Position numbers and translations under genes: made by a program
Part shown: positions 38,827 through 47,596 of the stretch, in pieces
Position numbering within the stretch: the stretch's first letter is position 1
How the letters are laid out: every line of letters starts with the position of its first letter
Virus record (IMG/VR): IMGVR_UViG_3300025276_000020
Strand: one strand, 5' to 3'
DNA: 64,000 nt
Source of the DNA: a virus
The notes under the pieces: model-generated
What the model was told of the DNA's origin: nothing
Database searches by the model: none
Seen by the model: the letters and a program-made list of their open reading frames with translations, nothing else

Positions 38827-41334
38827 TTGAGTTTTTATACTTGCGTTAATCGCTACGGCAATAACATATTGTTCCGTGGCTACAATGATGATGGCAAACC
38901 CATCATGAAGAAATTCCCATTCAAGCCAACGATGTACGTTCCTTCTACTAAGGGACCTGGTGAATGGAAGGGCTTTGATGGTGCTTCAGTTGAGCCTATT
39001 CAACTTGATTCTATGTCAGAAGCCACAGAGTTCAATAAGAGATACGAGGGCGTTGACAATTTTAAGATATATGGCAACAACAATTATGTAGCTCAGTTCA
39101 TCGCTGATAAGTATCCTGGCATAGTACCCTACGATCTAAAGCGTATCAATGTCGGTAATATAGATATTGAGGTCGCATCTGATGATGGTTTCCCCGAGCC
39201 TGGTGAAGCAAAGCATCCAATTATTTCTATCGCATACAAGAGCAGTACTTCTAAAGTGTATCACGTTTGGGGTTTAGGTGAATGGAGACTAGAAGACTGT
39301 GAGCTTGATCTAGATGGCTACATGGTTCAATATCGCCTATGTACTGATGAGTCCGACCTCATGCTTAAGTTCTTAACTTTCTGGCATGCCAATTGTCCAG
39401 ATATTATCACTGGTTGGAATATTCGACTATTCGATATCCCCTACATGATAAACAGAACTACTCGTATTCTTGGCGATAAGATCGTTAAGCAGTTCTCGCC
39501 TTTCGGTATTACGAAATATCGACAGATCGGCATCAAGGGTAAAGACATGGATGCTTATGAGATATATGGTGTTCAGCAAGTAGATTACTTTGACCTGTTT
39601 CAGAAATTTGGTTTTACATATGGCAATCAAGCATCTTATGCTCTAGATAATATTGCCGCTGTTGTTCTAGGTACCAAGAAGCTGTCTTATTCTGAGTACG
39701 GTTCTTTACACGGTTTGTACAAAGCTAATCACCAGAAGTTCATCGACTATAATATTCGTGATGTTCAGGTAGTAGATCAGATTGACATACAGACTGGTCT
39801 TATGGACTTGGCGTTGATCGTTGCATACAAGGGCGGTGTAAACTATAACGATGCATTCGGTACAACTGGCATATGGGATTCAATCATCTATCGATATCTC
39901 AGTGAGCGAAAGATCGCTGTTCCACCTTCGGTACGCAAACATAAAGAATCGTATCCTGGTGGTTATGTTAAAGAGCCTAAGGTAGGCATGACTGAATGGG
40001 TAACATCATTTGACCTTAACTCACTATATCCCAATCTGATTGTTCAGTACAACATGTCACCCGAGACTTTAGTTTCAGGTGGTGATGACTTTACTGCAAG
40101 TGGTGTTGAGCATTATCTCAATAACCCAATACGTGAAGATGTACGTGAGCGTGATCTATCTGTTGCTGTCAACGGTTCTATGTATCGTAAAGACGTTCGT
40201 GGTGTATTACCTACGATCATTATTGGTCTGTACGATGAGAGACGTGGCATCAAAAACGAGATGCTTTCCCTCAAGTCAGAATACGAGAAGAAGAAGTCTC
40301 CAGAGATGTTGAGAGAAATAAATAGACTTGAGAATACTCAGCAGGCTGTTAAGATTTTGCTTAACTCGCTTTATGGTGCATTAGGCAATCAATACTTCAG
40401 ATACTTCGATATGAGAATTGCAGAGGGCATTACGCTGTCTGGTCAGTTGTCTATCAAGTGGGCTGAGAAAGCCATGAACAAGGCATTGAATACTATTCTC
40501 AAATCTGATGATGAAGACTATGTTATCGCTATGGATACTGACTCTTTATACGTGAACATGGGACCTCTTGTTGATGCAGTCAAACCAACAGATCCCGTAA
40601 AGTTCATCGATCAAGCATGTGAGCAAAAGCTTGTGCCTCTTCTACAGAAGTCGTACAATGATATGTTTACTCAAATGAATGCTTATGAAAATAGAATGGT
40701 TATGGCACGTGAAGCTATCGCAGATAAGGGTATCTGGATGGCAAAGAAACGCTATATACTTAACGTTCATAATAATGAGGGTGTACAGTACGCAGAGCCT
40801 AAGCTTAAAGTTATGGGTATCGAGGCTGTGAAATCATCAACTCCTCAAGTTGTGCGTGATAAGTTTAAAAAGGCTTACAGCATCATGCTAAATTCTACAG
40901 AAGTAGAACTACAGTCATTCGTGGCTGACTTCTATGAAGAGTTCAAATCTTTGCCAGCAGAGGACGTATCGTTTCCTCGTGGTGTCAGCGACATCAATAA
41001 ATGGAATGATAAGCATACGATATACAAGAAAGGTACTCCTATCCACGTCAGAGGTGCTTTACTTTTCAATAAGCTTATGAAAGAAAAGAAGCTGTCTATG
41101 GAAGAGATTAAGAATGGTAGTAAGGTTAAGTTTTGTTACATGAAGATGCCTAATCCTTTAATGGAGAACATCATATCTTTCCCACAGTTCTTGCCAAAAG
41201 AGTTTGACTTAGATAGTCATATTGATTATGATATGCAATTCAACAAAACATTCAAAGACCCATTGAAGATGGTATCTGACGCCATAAACTGGGAACTTGA
41301 ATACATAAACACATTAGAAGGATTTTTCTCATGA
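38827..41334 (+). CDS. gp43: Family B DNA polymerase gp43
   Basis: Exonuclease DIEV and GWNIRLFD; FDLNSLYP, KILLNSLYGALG, MDTDS. Confidence 0.98.
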   Translation: MSFYTCVNRYGNNILFRGYNDDGKPIMKKFPFKPTMYVPSTKGPGEWKGFDGASVEPIQLDSMSEATEFNKRYEGVDNFKIYGNNNYVAQFIADKYPGIVPYDLKRINVGNIDIEVASDDGFPEPGEAKHPIISIAYKSSTSKVYHVWGLGEWRLEDCELDLDGYMVQYRLCTDESDLMLKFLTFWHANCPDIITGWNIRLFDIPYMINRTTRILGDKIVKQFSPFGITKYRQIGIKGKDMDAYEIYGVQQVDYFDLFQKFGFTYGNQASYALDNIAAVVLGTKKLSYSEYGSLHGLYKANHQKFIDYNIRDVQVVDQIDIQTGLMDLALIVAYKGGVNYNDAFGTTGIWDSIIYRYLSERKIAVPPSVRKHKESYPGGYVKEPKVGMTEWVTSFDLNSLYPNLIVQYNMSPETLVSGGDDFTASGVEHYLNNPIREDVRERDLSVAVNGSMYRKDVRGVLPTIIIGLYDERRGIKNEMLSLKSEYEKKKSPEMLREINRLENTQQAVKILLNSLYGALGNQYFRYFDMRIAEGITLSGQLSIKWAEKAMNKALNTILKSDDEDYVIAMDTDSLYVNMGPLVDAVKPTDPVKFIDQACEQKLVPLLQKSYNDMFTQMNAYENRMVMAREAIADKGIWMAKKRYILNVHNNEGVQYAEPKLKVMGIEAVKSSTPQVVRDKFKKAYSIMLNSTEVELQSFVADFYEEFKSLPAEDVSFPRGVSDINKWNDKHTIYKKGTPIHVRGALLFNKLMKEKKLSMEEIKNGSKVKFCYMKMPNPLMENIISFPQFLPKEFDLDSHIDYDMQFNKTFKDPLKMVSDAINWELEYINTLEGFFS

Positions 41335-41594
41335 CAGAAGATATATTTGACTTCGGCTTTACTGCCGTTGATGAAACAGAACTGGAGGTCGTGCAACAAG
41401 CGCAGGCAAAAGTTGCTCAAGAGAGTGGTACAGCAACAGACCTACAAGACAAGCTTGACAGGCTTTACAACTCAATAACACCACTGCTTAATAACCTTAA
41501 GGCAAACCCAGAGAAAGAGTACATTCTTTGGCCAAACCGCACAGCAAAGATCGAACAATTTGAGAAGAAATTGTTTGACATTTACGATGCATGA
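41331..41594 (+). CDS. Conserved hypothetical protein
   Basis: FDFGFTAVDE...PLLNNLKANPEKEYILWPNR. Confidence 0.75.
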   Translation: MTEDIFDFGFTAVDETELEVVQQAQAKVAQESGTATDLQDKLDRLYNSITPLLNNLKANPEKEYILWPNRTAKIEQFEKKLFDIYDA

Positions 41595-41603
41595 TGTTAT
41601 AAT
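41575..41603 (+). promoter_or_regulatory. Sigma70 consensus promoter for uvsX
   Basis: TTGACA-17-TATAAT. Confidence 0.8.
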
Positions 41604-41643
41604 AGTCGCAGTACAACAGAATTTAAACTATGGAGAATTATAA

Positions 41644-42744
41644 ATGTCATCATTGATGGAAAAATTAGCTAGGAACACTACTATTAAGCAGACTGCTCCT
41701 ATTATGGACTCGAAAGTGTTCGGTAAGAAAGATATGTCACCAACATCCGTGCCAATGGTAAACGTTGCTCTGTCTGGCAGAGTTGACGGTGGTATTTCAC
41801 CTGGACTGCTGATGTTAGCGGGTCCATCTAAACACTTCAAATCTGCGTTTGCGTTGCTTATGGCAGCCGCACACCAGAAGAAGCATAAAGACGGTGTCAT
41901 TCTATTTTATGATAGTGAGTTTGGTACACCACCAGAATACTTCAAGTCTTTCGGTATTGATATGAATCGAGTTATTCACACACCGATTACTGATGTTGAA
42001 CAATTGAAGTTTGATATCACTAAGCAGTTGAATGACCTCGATAAGAAAGACAACGTTTGTATTGTTATCGATTCTATTGGTAACTTAGCGTCTAAGAAAG
42101 AAGTAGACGATGCAATGGATGGCAAGTCTGTAGCTGACATGTCACGTGCAAAGCAGATGAAATCTCTGTTTCGTATTGTAACACCTCACTTGAATCTGAA
42201 AGATATTCCAATGATCTGTGTGAACCACACTTATAAAGAGATTGGTTTATATCCTAAAGATGTCGTATCTGGTGGTACTGGTGCGTATTACTCTGCTGAT
42301 GCTATTTGGATTATTGGTCGTCAACAAGATAAAGACGGTACTGAGATTCGTGGATATAACTTCGTCATTAACATCGAGAAGTCAAGACACGTCCGTGAGA
42401 AGTCTAAGATTCCAATCATGGTTACCTTTGAAGGTGGTATCATGAAGTGGTCTGGTCTACTTGAAGTTGCTGAGAAGGGTGGTTATGTAGTCAAGCCTAA
42501 AGTTGGTTGGTACGAAGCACTGAATCCTGCAACTGGTGAAGTTCTCTGTGATAAGATGATGAGAGCCAAAGAAATTGTAGACAATAAAGATTTCTGGCTA
42601 ATGATGTTTCAAAAAACAGACCTAGCTAACTTTATCGAGTCTCGTTATAAAATGGCTTCTAATGGTCTTATGAGTGATGACGATAGTCAGATCCCAGAAC
42701 ACATTGAAGAAGCTCCTGTCGTCAATACTGAGGAGACAGTATAA
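41644..42744 (+). CDS. uvsX: RecA-like recombinase UvsX
   Basis: AGPSKHFKS, FYDSEFG, IDSIGNLASKKE, VVSGGTG. Confidence 0.96.
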   Translation: MSSLMEKLARNTTIKQTAPIMDSKVFGKKDMSPTSVPMVNVALSGRVDGGISPGLLMLAGPSKHFKSAFALLMAAAHQKKHKDGVILFYDSEFGTPPEYFKSFGIDMNRVIHTPITDVEQLKFDITKQLNDLDKKDNVCIVIDSIGNLASKKEVDDAMDGKSVADMSRAKQMKSLFRIVTPHLNLKDIPMICVNHTYKEIGLYPKDVVSGGTGAYYSADAIWIIGRQQDKDGTEIRGYNFVINIEKSRHVREKSKIPIMVTFEGGIMKWSGLLEVAEKGGYVVKPKVGWYEALNPATGEVLCDKMMRAKEIVDNKDFWLMMFQKTDLANFIESRYKMASNGLMSDDDSQIPEHIEEAPVVNTEETV

Positions 42745-42746
42745 CA

Positions 42747-44183
42747 ATGATTGAGAATACCGTACTTGCGGGATTATTACACAATGAAGATTACATGCGG
42801 AGAGTCATACCCTTTCTAACTGAAGAATACTTTGGCGACTTCAGTGACAAAATGGTGTACAGGTCTATTCTGAAGTATATCGAAGATTACAACGGTATTC
42901 CTACTAGAGAAGCCTTACGTATCGCTATCGAAGAGAAAGACAATATCAGCGATGATCAGTATCAACAAATCGTAAGTTTGATTGACGGTTTAGAGTATGA
43001 TCATAAAACTGATCTTGACTGGATTGTAGATAAGACAGAGAAGTTCTGCCAAGATAAAGCAGTCTTTAATGCAGTGCGTGAGTCTATTCTAGTGCTAGAT
43101 GGTAATCACAAAGAACTAGATAAGGGGTCTATTCCTGATCTCCTATCTAAAGCTTTAGGTGTGTCATTCGATCAAGCTATTGGTCATGACTTCCTAGAAG
43201 ACACTGAAAGTCGATATGAGTTTTATCATAGTAAAGAAGATAAGGTACCCTTTGATCTCGATCTACTTAATAAGATCACTAAAGGTGGTTTATCTAGAAA
43301 GTCTTTGAGTATCTGTCTAGCAGGTACTGGTGTTGGTAAGACATTGTTTATGACGCATTGTGCGGCAGCCAATCTTATGGATGGTAAGAATGTTTTGTAT
43401 ATCACTATGGAAATGGCTGAAGAGAAAATATCTGAACGTATCGATGCTAACTTAATGAATGCTACTATGGATAGTCTACAAGATATGCCTAAGGATGTAT
43501 TCATGAAGCGTATCGGTAGAGTCAAAGCAAAGACTACTGGTAAGTTGATCGTTAAAGAGTATCCTACTGCCAGTGCTGGTTCTGCACATTTTAGACACTT
43601 GTTAAATGAGTTAAAGCTAAAGAAGAACTTTGTTCCTGATATTGTGTACATCGATTATCTAAATATATGTACAAGTTCTAGGATGAAAGCTGGTGCTAAT
43701 GTCAACTCTTACACGTTGATCAAAGCGATTGCTGAAGAACTTCGTGGTCTTGCAGTCGAATTCAACGTTCCCATTCTGAGTGCTACTCAAACAACTCGTA
43801 CTGGTTACAGTAGTTCAGACTTAAACCTCGAAGATACTTCTGAGTCTTTTGGTCTACCTGCTACTGCTGACTTTATGTTTGGCTTGATATCTACAGAAGA
43901 ACTTGAGGGTCTTGGACAGTTGATGGTCAAGCAGTTGAAAAATCGATGGGGTGATACCAATTACCTTAAGAGATTTGTCATCGGTGTTGATAGGTCTAAG
44001 ATGAAGTTATTTGATGCGGAAGATAGCGCACAGGATCTAGTTAATGATTCTAGTACACCTGTTGCAGATAAGGGTTCTTTCGGTGATAGAATGAAAGCAG
44101 AGAAGGGCGAGAACAAAGATAATATCTTATCATACCGTCAAAACAAAACAAAAAGTAAGCCAGACTTTGGTGAACTAAAGTAA
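42747..44183 (+). CDS. gp41: Replicative helicase gp41
   Basis: AGTGVGKT, TMEMAEE, IDYLNI, SATQTTR, DTSESFGLPATAD. Confidence 0.97.
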   Translation: MIENTVLAGLLHNEDYMRRVIPFLTEEYFGDFSDKMVYRSILKYIEDYNGIPTREALRIAIEEKDNISDDQYQQIVSLIDGLEYDHKTDLDWIVDKTEKFCQDKAVFNAVRESILVLDGNHKELDKGSIPDLLSKALGVSFDQAIGHDFLEDTESRYEFYHSKEDKVPFDLDLLNKITKGGLSRKSLSICLAGTGVGKTLFMTHCAAANLMDGKNVLYITMEMAEEKISERIDANLMNATMDSLQDMPKDVFMKRIGRVKAKTTGKLIVKEYPTASAGSAHFRHLLNELKLKKNFVPDIVYIDYLNICTSSRMKAGANVNSYTLIKAIAEELRGLAVEFNVPILSATQTTRTGYSSSDLNLEDTSESFGLPATADFMFGLISTEELEGLGQLMVKQLKNRWGDTNYLKRFVIGVDRSKMKLFDAEDSAQDLVNDSSTPVADKGSFGDRMKAEKGENKDNILSYRQNKTKSKPDFGELK

Positions 44184-44194
44184 GGAGACATCAT

Positions 44195-44443
44195 ATGTGG
44201 TTATGGATAGTAAGTAATATAGCAGGAGCACTATTAGGTGCGGCATCAACTGCTTGGTTTAAAGATACCCGAGCAGGAGTTTGGTGCTACAATCAGTTTG
44301 ATTCTATTGCTGATTGGGCAACTGAGAGATATGGTATCGATATTTTGGATAAAGAAGGTATTGCTTGGAAAACTAAGTATCCTAATATCGCTAAGAGAAT
44401 AGATGAATTAGAAGAGAGGCTTTCGAGGCTCGAGGAAAAGTAA
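44195..44443 (+). CDS. Hypothetical protein with hydrophobic N-terminus
   Basis: AAGGAG SD; MWLWIVSNIAGALLG; C-terminal coiled coil. Confidence 0.7.
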   Translation: MWLWIVSNIAGALLGAASTAWFKDTRAGVWCYNQFDSIADWATERYGIDILDKEGIAWKTKYPNIAKRIDELEERLSRLEEK

Positions 44444-44444
44444 A

Positions 44445-44618
44445 ATGCTGACACTAGTGCCGTGTTATGAATATGTGGTGTTAGAAAGAAAGGATATGAC
44501 AGTCTACTATACTGGTACATTAAGTAAAGCTACTGTTCTAGCCAGGAGATTGAACGAAGAAAGTAGTTTGATCGAAGAGTTTGAGGTGCGTAGATTAGAT
44601 GAAGTTGAAGGTATCTAA
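44445..44618 (+). CDS. Hypothetical 57-aa protein (not in ORF track)
   Basis: Open frame MLTLVPCYEYVVLERKD...VEGI filling the gap to the terminator. Confidence 0.45.
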   Translation: MLTLVPCYEYVVLERKDMTVYYTGTLSKATVLARRLNEESSLIEEFEVRRLDEVEGI

Positions 44619-44621
44619 ACC

Positions 44622-44655
44622 AAAAAAAAGGCAGTCGTTAAGATTGCCTTTTTTT
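44622..44655. terminator. Bidirectional intrinsic terminator
   Basis: A8-GGCAGTC-gttaa-GATTGCC-T7. Confidence 0.85.
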
Positions 44656-44784
44656 AGATAGTTTGCGTGGCATACCCGAACCCCACGGACATCAAAGATG
44701 TAACGTATGCTATTCCTTCTGTGAGTTGATTATTACCGATCACACTTGCCTCTTGTGTATTACACATTAACACGCACCCATGCT
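44622..44784 (-). ncRNA. Candidate antisense late structured RNA (alternatively a 37-aa micro-ORF 44767-44654)
   Basis: Minus-strand TATAAATA at 44787-44794, several nested helices, ends in the bidirectional terminator. Confidence 0.5.
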
Positions 44785-44849
44785 GTTATTTATACAAAAG
44801 AAAACCTGAGTCAAGCGTTTCCATAAAAAAATAAAAATAAAAATATTTC

Positions 44850-44878
44850 TTGACAAACTGCATAAAATAGTGCATAAT
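44850..44878 (+). promoter_or_regulatory. Sigma70-like promoter with A-rich UP element
   Basis: TTGACA-17-CATAAT preceded by A tracts. Confidence 0.65.
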
Positions 44879-44907
44879 GGTAACATAGTTTATAGAGGAG
44901 TATACAT

Positions 44908-45327
44908 ATGAGTATGCACATGATAAAAGGCGTGTACGTTCCTACGAGCAAACGCAAGATCAAGAAACTTGATATGTCTAAAGTAGAGATCGAGTGGAGA
45001 AGATATAATAAAGAGATGAGGCGTAAGCATTTACACTCATGTCAGTTTGACACACTGGATAGATATGTTGCATATATATCTGGTAAACTAAAGCCTACTA
45101 AAAGGAAATTTGTACCTTATGAACCGACGCCAACAGTTCCGCAACCGCATTATCCGTCAAACACGCAGAAGAGCCCAGTTCATGGAATCCCGCAATCGGG
45201 AAGAAAACGAGAGAATCCAGTGTACACAGGAAACTACATCGTCGGAATTGCCACCATGCACAAGTCAAATGCAGTACCTATCACCAACCAACAGCAAGCA
45301 ATAGAAATAGCAAGAATGGCTAAATGA
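44908..45327 (+). CDS. Conserved hypothetical T4-like protein
   Basis: YTGNYIVGIATMHKSNAVPI motif; GAGGAG SD. Confidence 0.75.
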   Translation: MSMHMIKGVYVPTSKRKIKKLDMSKVEIEWRRYNKEMRRKHLHSCQFDTLDRYVAYISGKLKPTKRKFVPYEPTPTVPQPHYPSNTQKSPVHGIPQSGRKRENPVYTGNYIVGIATMHKSNAVPITNQQQAIEIARMAK

Positions 45328-45336
45328 GGAAATAAT

Positions 45337-45501
45337 ATGAGTAATGAAGTAGATGTGACGATAGACAGACAAGGAAGGAAGTATCACGAAAGCGATCTGA
45401 AACAAGAAGATCAAAAGTATATGGGATGGTACTGGTGCAGTGAACGAGTGGCTTTCTTCAGATGGGATGGTGTTCAAGATCATAAAGAGGCTACAGTATG
45501 A
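45337..45501 (+). CDS. Hypothetical 54-aa protein (not in ORF track)
   Basis: GAGGA SD; MSNEVDVTIDRQGRKY...YMGWYWC; stop overlaps the next start. Confidence 0.55.
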   Translation: MSNEVDVTIDRQGRKYHESDLKQEDQKYMGWYWCSERVAFFRWDGVQDHKEATV

Positions 45502-45704
45502 CCGATGATCAAATGGTTAGTAAATTAAGGTCAATGGAACAATGGGTAACCAAAGAACCCTGGAAGTCTATAGCAGATAGATTGGAAGAGTTAATCAAGA
45601 TTTATCGACTAGAAGAGCATATCTCCGAAGGACGATTGTCTTTGATTCAAGCTATAGTCGAAGAGCATGTCGAGACTAACCAAAATAACCTGATCGATAA
45701 ATAG
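45498..45704 (+). CDS. Hypothetical protein
   Basis: ATGA overlap; IADRLEEL. Confidence 0.55.
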   Translation: MTDDQMVSKLRSMEQWVTKEPWKSIADRLEELIKIYRLEEHISEGRLSLIQAIVEEHVETNQNNLIDK

Positions 45705-45730
45705 TAGAAACATAAGGATTCTACTGACCC

Positions 45731-46795
45731 ATGAGCGCAGAAGTATATCAAAAACTTGGAGAGAATCTGAACTCTATGGTAAAAAATAAGAACTATGAGC
45801 TTAACGCTCGGTTTCCAAAAGGCAAACCAGGTTCTAATGATAAACGCTATCGAGAGTACAGGTTAAATCTCATAAACAAAGAACTAGATACAAGTAAAGC
45901 GTGTATCGCACATCTGAGTAATAAGCTAAGACAAGACCCTAAGATTACGCAGATCAAGTACAATGAAATATCTCCAAACAGTTCTAAGTTTCCTAGTTAC
46001 TCTTTCATCTTTGATAGGCAAATGTTTGATATAATCATTGCTCGTGGTGCGAATGCTGGCGAAAGGTTTGAAACACGCACAGTGACAAATCTAGACGATT
46101 ACTTTAAGACCAGAGGCAACTCTGAGATAGCTAAAGTAGTTACCATGATGAACGAATCACACGCTCCATTTGCTAGTTCAGAGATAGTGAGTGCTACGCA
46201 GAGACGTGGTGCTACTAAGAAAGAAGGCGTTCCCATTGCAGATTTGGGTGCTATTATTGGAGACATCATTCTCACTGATTCTCAAAGAAATACTTGGTAC
46301 ATCTCACTTAAAGATATTAAAGGCAATACGTTTAGTTCGTACTCTGGTGCCGCATCACTCTTTGATAAAGAAGGAAATCTTCAGCCAGATTCTGAAGGTG
46401 CTACATTCTTAAACACTTTTGGCGTAGACTTGAATAAAGTCCAATCGGGGTTCGATGAACGAGGTAATATAAATACTGCTAGTATAGGTAGACCAAAGCT
46501 TTCAGTCTCTAGAGTTAACGCAAGAGAAATCGAAAAGATTTTCAACAGAGCCTGGGGTATGAACTACTTCTATGTGAGACGATTAACTAGTGGATGGAAA
46601 GTCTTCTGGTTAGGAAAAACGAAGTTGGATAAGCTATCTAAAAATATACGAGTTAATAGCATAAGGTATCCTACAAAAACGTCCAAGCAGATCACTATAT
46701 TGTGTAGCAATGACGTTGAGGATTATGTGATTGAGTTGAGAAATTCTAAAGCTGGTGAATATCCAAACGATACAAAATTTAAGGTTAAAAAATGA
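45731..46795 (+). CDS. Putative PD-(D/E)xK nuclease-like protein
   Basis: GERFE ... IGDIIL ... YISLK; late promoter GATAAATA at 45696. Confidence 0.5.
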   Translation: MSAEVYQKLGENLNSMVKNKNYELNARFPKGKPGSNDKRYREYRLNLINKELDTSKACIAHLSNKLRQDPKITQIKYNEISPNSSKFPSYSFIFDRQMFDIIIARGANAGERFETRTVTNLDDYFKTRGNSEIAKVVTMMNESHAPFASSEIVSATQRRGATKKEGVPIADLGAIIGDIILTDSQRNTWYISLKDIKGNTFSSYSGAASLFDKEGNLQPDSEGATFLNTFGVDLNKVQSGFDERGNINTASIGRPKLSVSRVNAREIEKIFNRAWGMNYFYVRRLTSGWKVFWLGKTKLDKLSKNIRVNSIRYPTKTSKQITILCSNDVEDYVIELRNSKAGEYPNDTKFKVKK

Positions 46796-47595
46796 CTGTC
46801 AGATTTAAAAGTTTTATTACCGAAAGCGTTGGCGCTAAGGGACTAGCATACGAGAAGAAAGTTTTCGATGCGATGAAGTCTGCGGGCATTGAAGGACTAA
46901 ATGTTGGAAGTAAGCCAGGCGCAGGATACAGTAACCAAGGCGCAGGTGATATTGAAGCATTATATAACGGTAAAGAATTCAATATCGAAATCAAGCTGGA
47001 TAAGAACGCTCAAATGGGTGGTACTTCTATTCGCATTGATACGTTAAACAAGACACACACGCTAGTCAAGCCCGATGCGGTAGACGAAGACGCTATTCCC
47101 TTCTTTATAGAAGCGGCTAAGAAGCAAGACAAGGCACTAAAGGATTGGGTCAACTTCGTTCGTAAGCAAGAGCCACTAGCATTACATAAAAAGATTCCGT
47201 ATACTATTCCATTTGGATCAGTAACAAAAGAAGCATGGTCAGCGGCACAGAAAGCTGGATATCTTGCGAAGATGAATACCATTCAGTCTTTTGATTCAGC
47301 AAGAACTATCGCAAAAGCATACAATAGAAAGAATGTGTACTACATTCAGATTGGTAAAGCAGGACTGTTTTATCTAGGCAGTAATCCATTGAAGCTAGAT
47401 GTGCCTGAGTATAAAGGCTCTGTGAATATCGAGTTCAGACTTGGACCATCTGGAAGTAAAGCGAGAAAAGTTGAAGGCGAAGATTATCGTGTTGTCGGTG
47501 CTGGATATAGATGTCAAGGTAGATTAAAAACAAATATCAAATCTAAGTATAGCCTTGATAATCCCGAAGACATAAAAAAGTTATTTGGAGTATAA
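46792..47595 (+). CDS. Putative PD-(D/E)xK restriction-like endonuclease
   Basis: GLAYEKKV ... GAGDIEA ... NIEIK; YYIQIG; FKSFITE N-terminus. Confidence 0.6.
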   Translation: MTVRFKSFITESVGAKGLAYEKKVFDAMKSAGIEGLNVGSKPGAGYSNQGAGDIEALYNGKEFNIEIKLDKNAQMGGTSIRIDTLNKTHTLVKPDAVDEDAIPFFIEAAKKQDKALKDWVNFVRKQEPLALHKKIPYTIPFGSVTKEAWSAAQKAGYLAKMNTIQSFDSARTIAKAYNRKNVYYIQIGKAGLFYLGSNPLKLDVPEYKGSVNIEFRLGPSGSKARKVEGEDYRVVGAGYRCQGRLKTNIKSKYSLDNPEDIKKLFGV

Positions 47596-47596
47596 C

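Noticed and set aside
9642-44183. Inteins or introns in gp17, gp43, uvsX or gp41
   Set aside because: Lengths and motif spacing are normal; no splice motifs or interruptions seen
44654-44790. tRNA or known riboswitch in the intergenic region
   Set aside because: No cloverleaf or CCA end and no aptamer consensus I recognise; no downstream gene to regulate; kept only as an unknown ncRNA candidate
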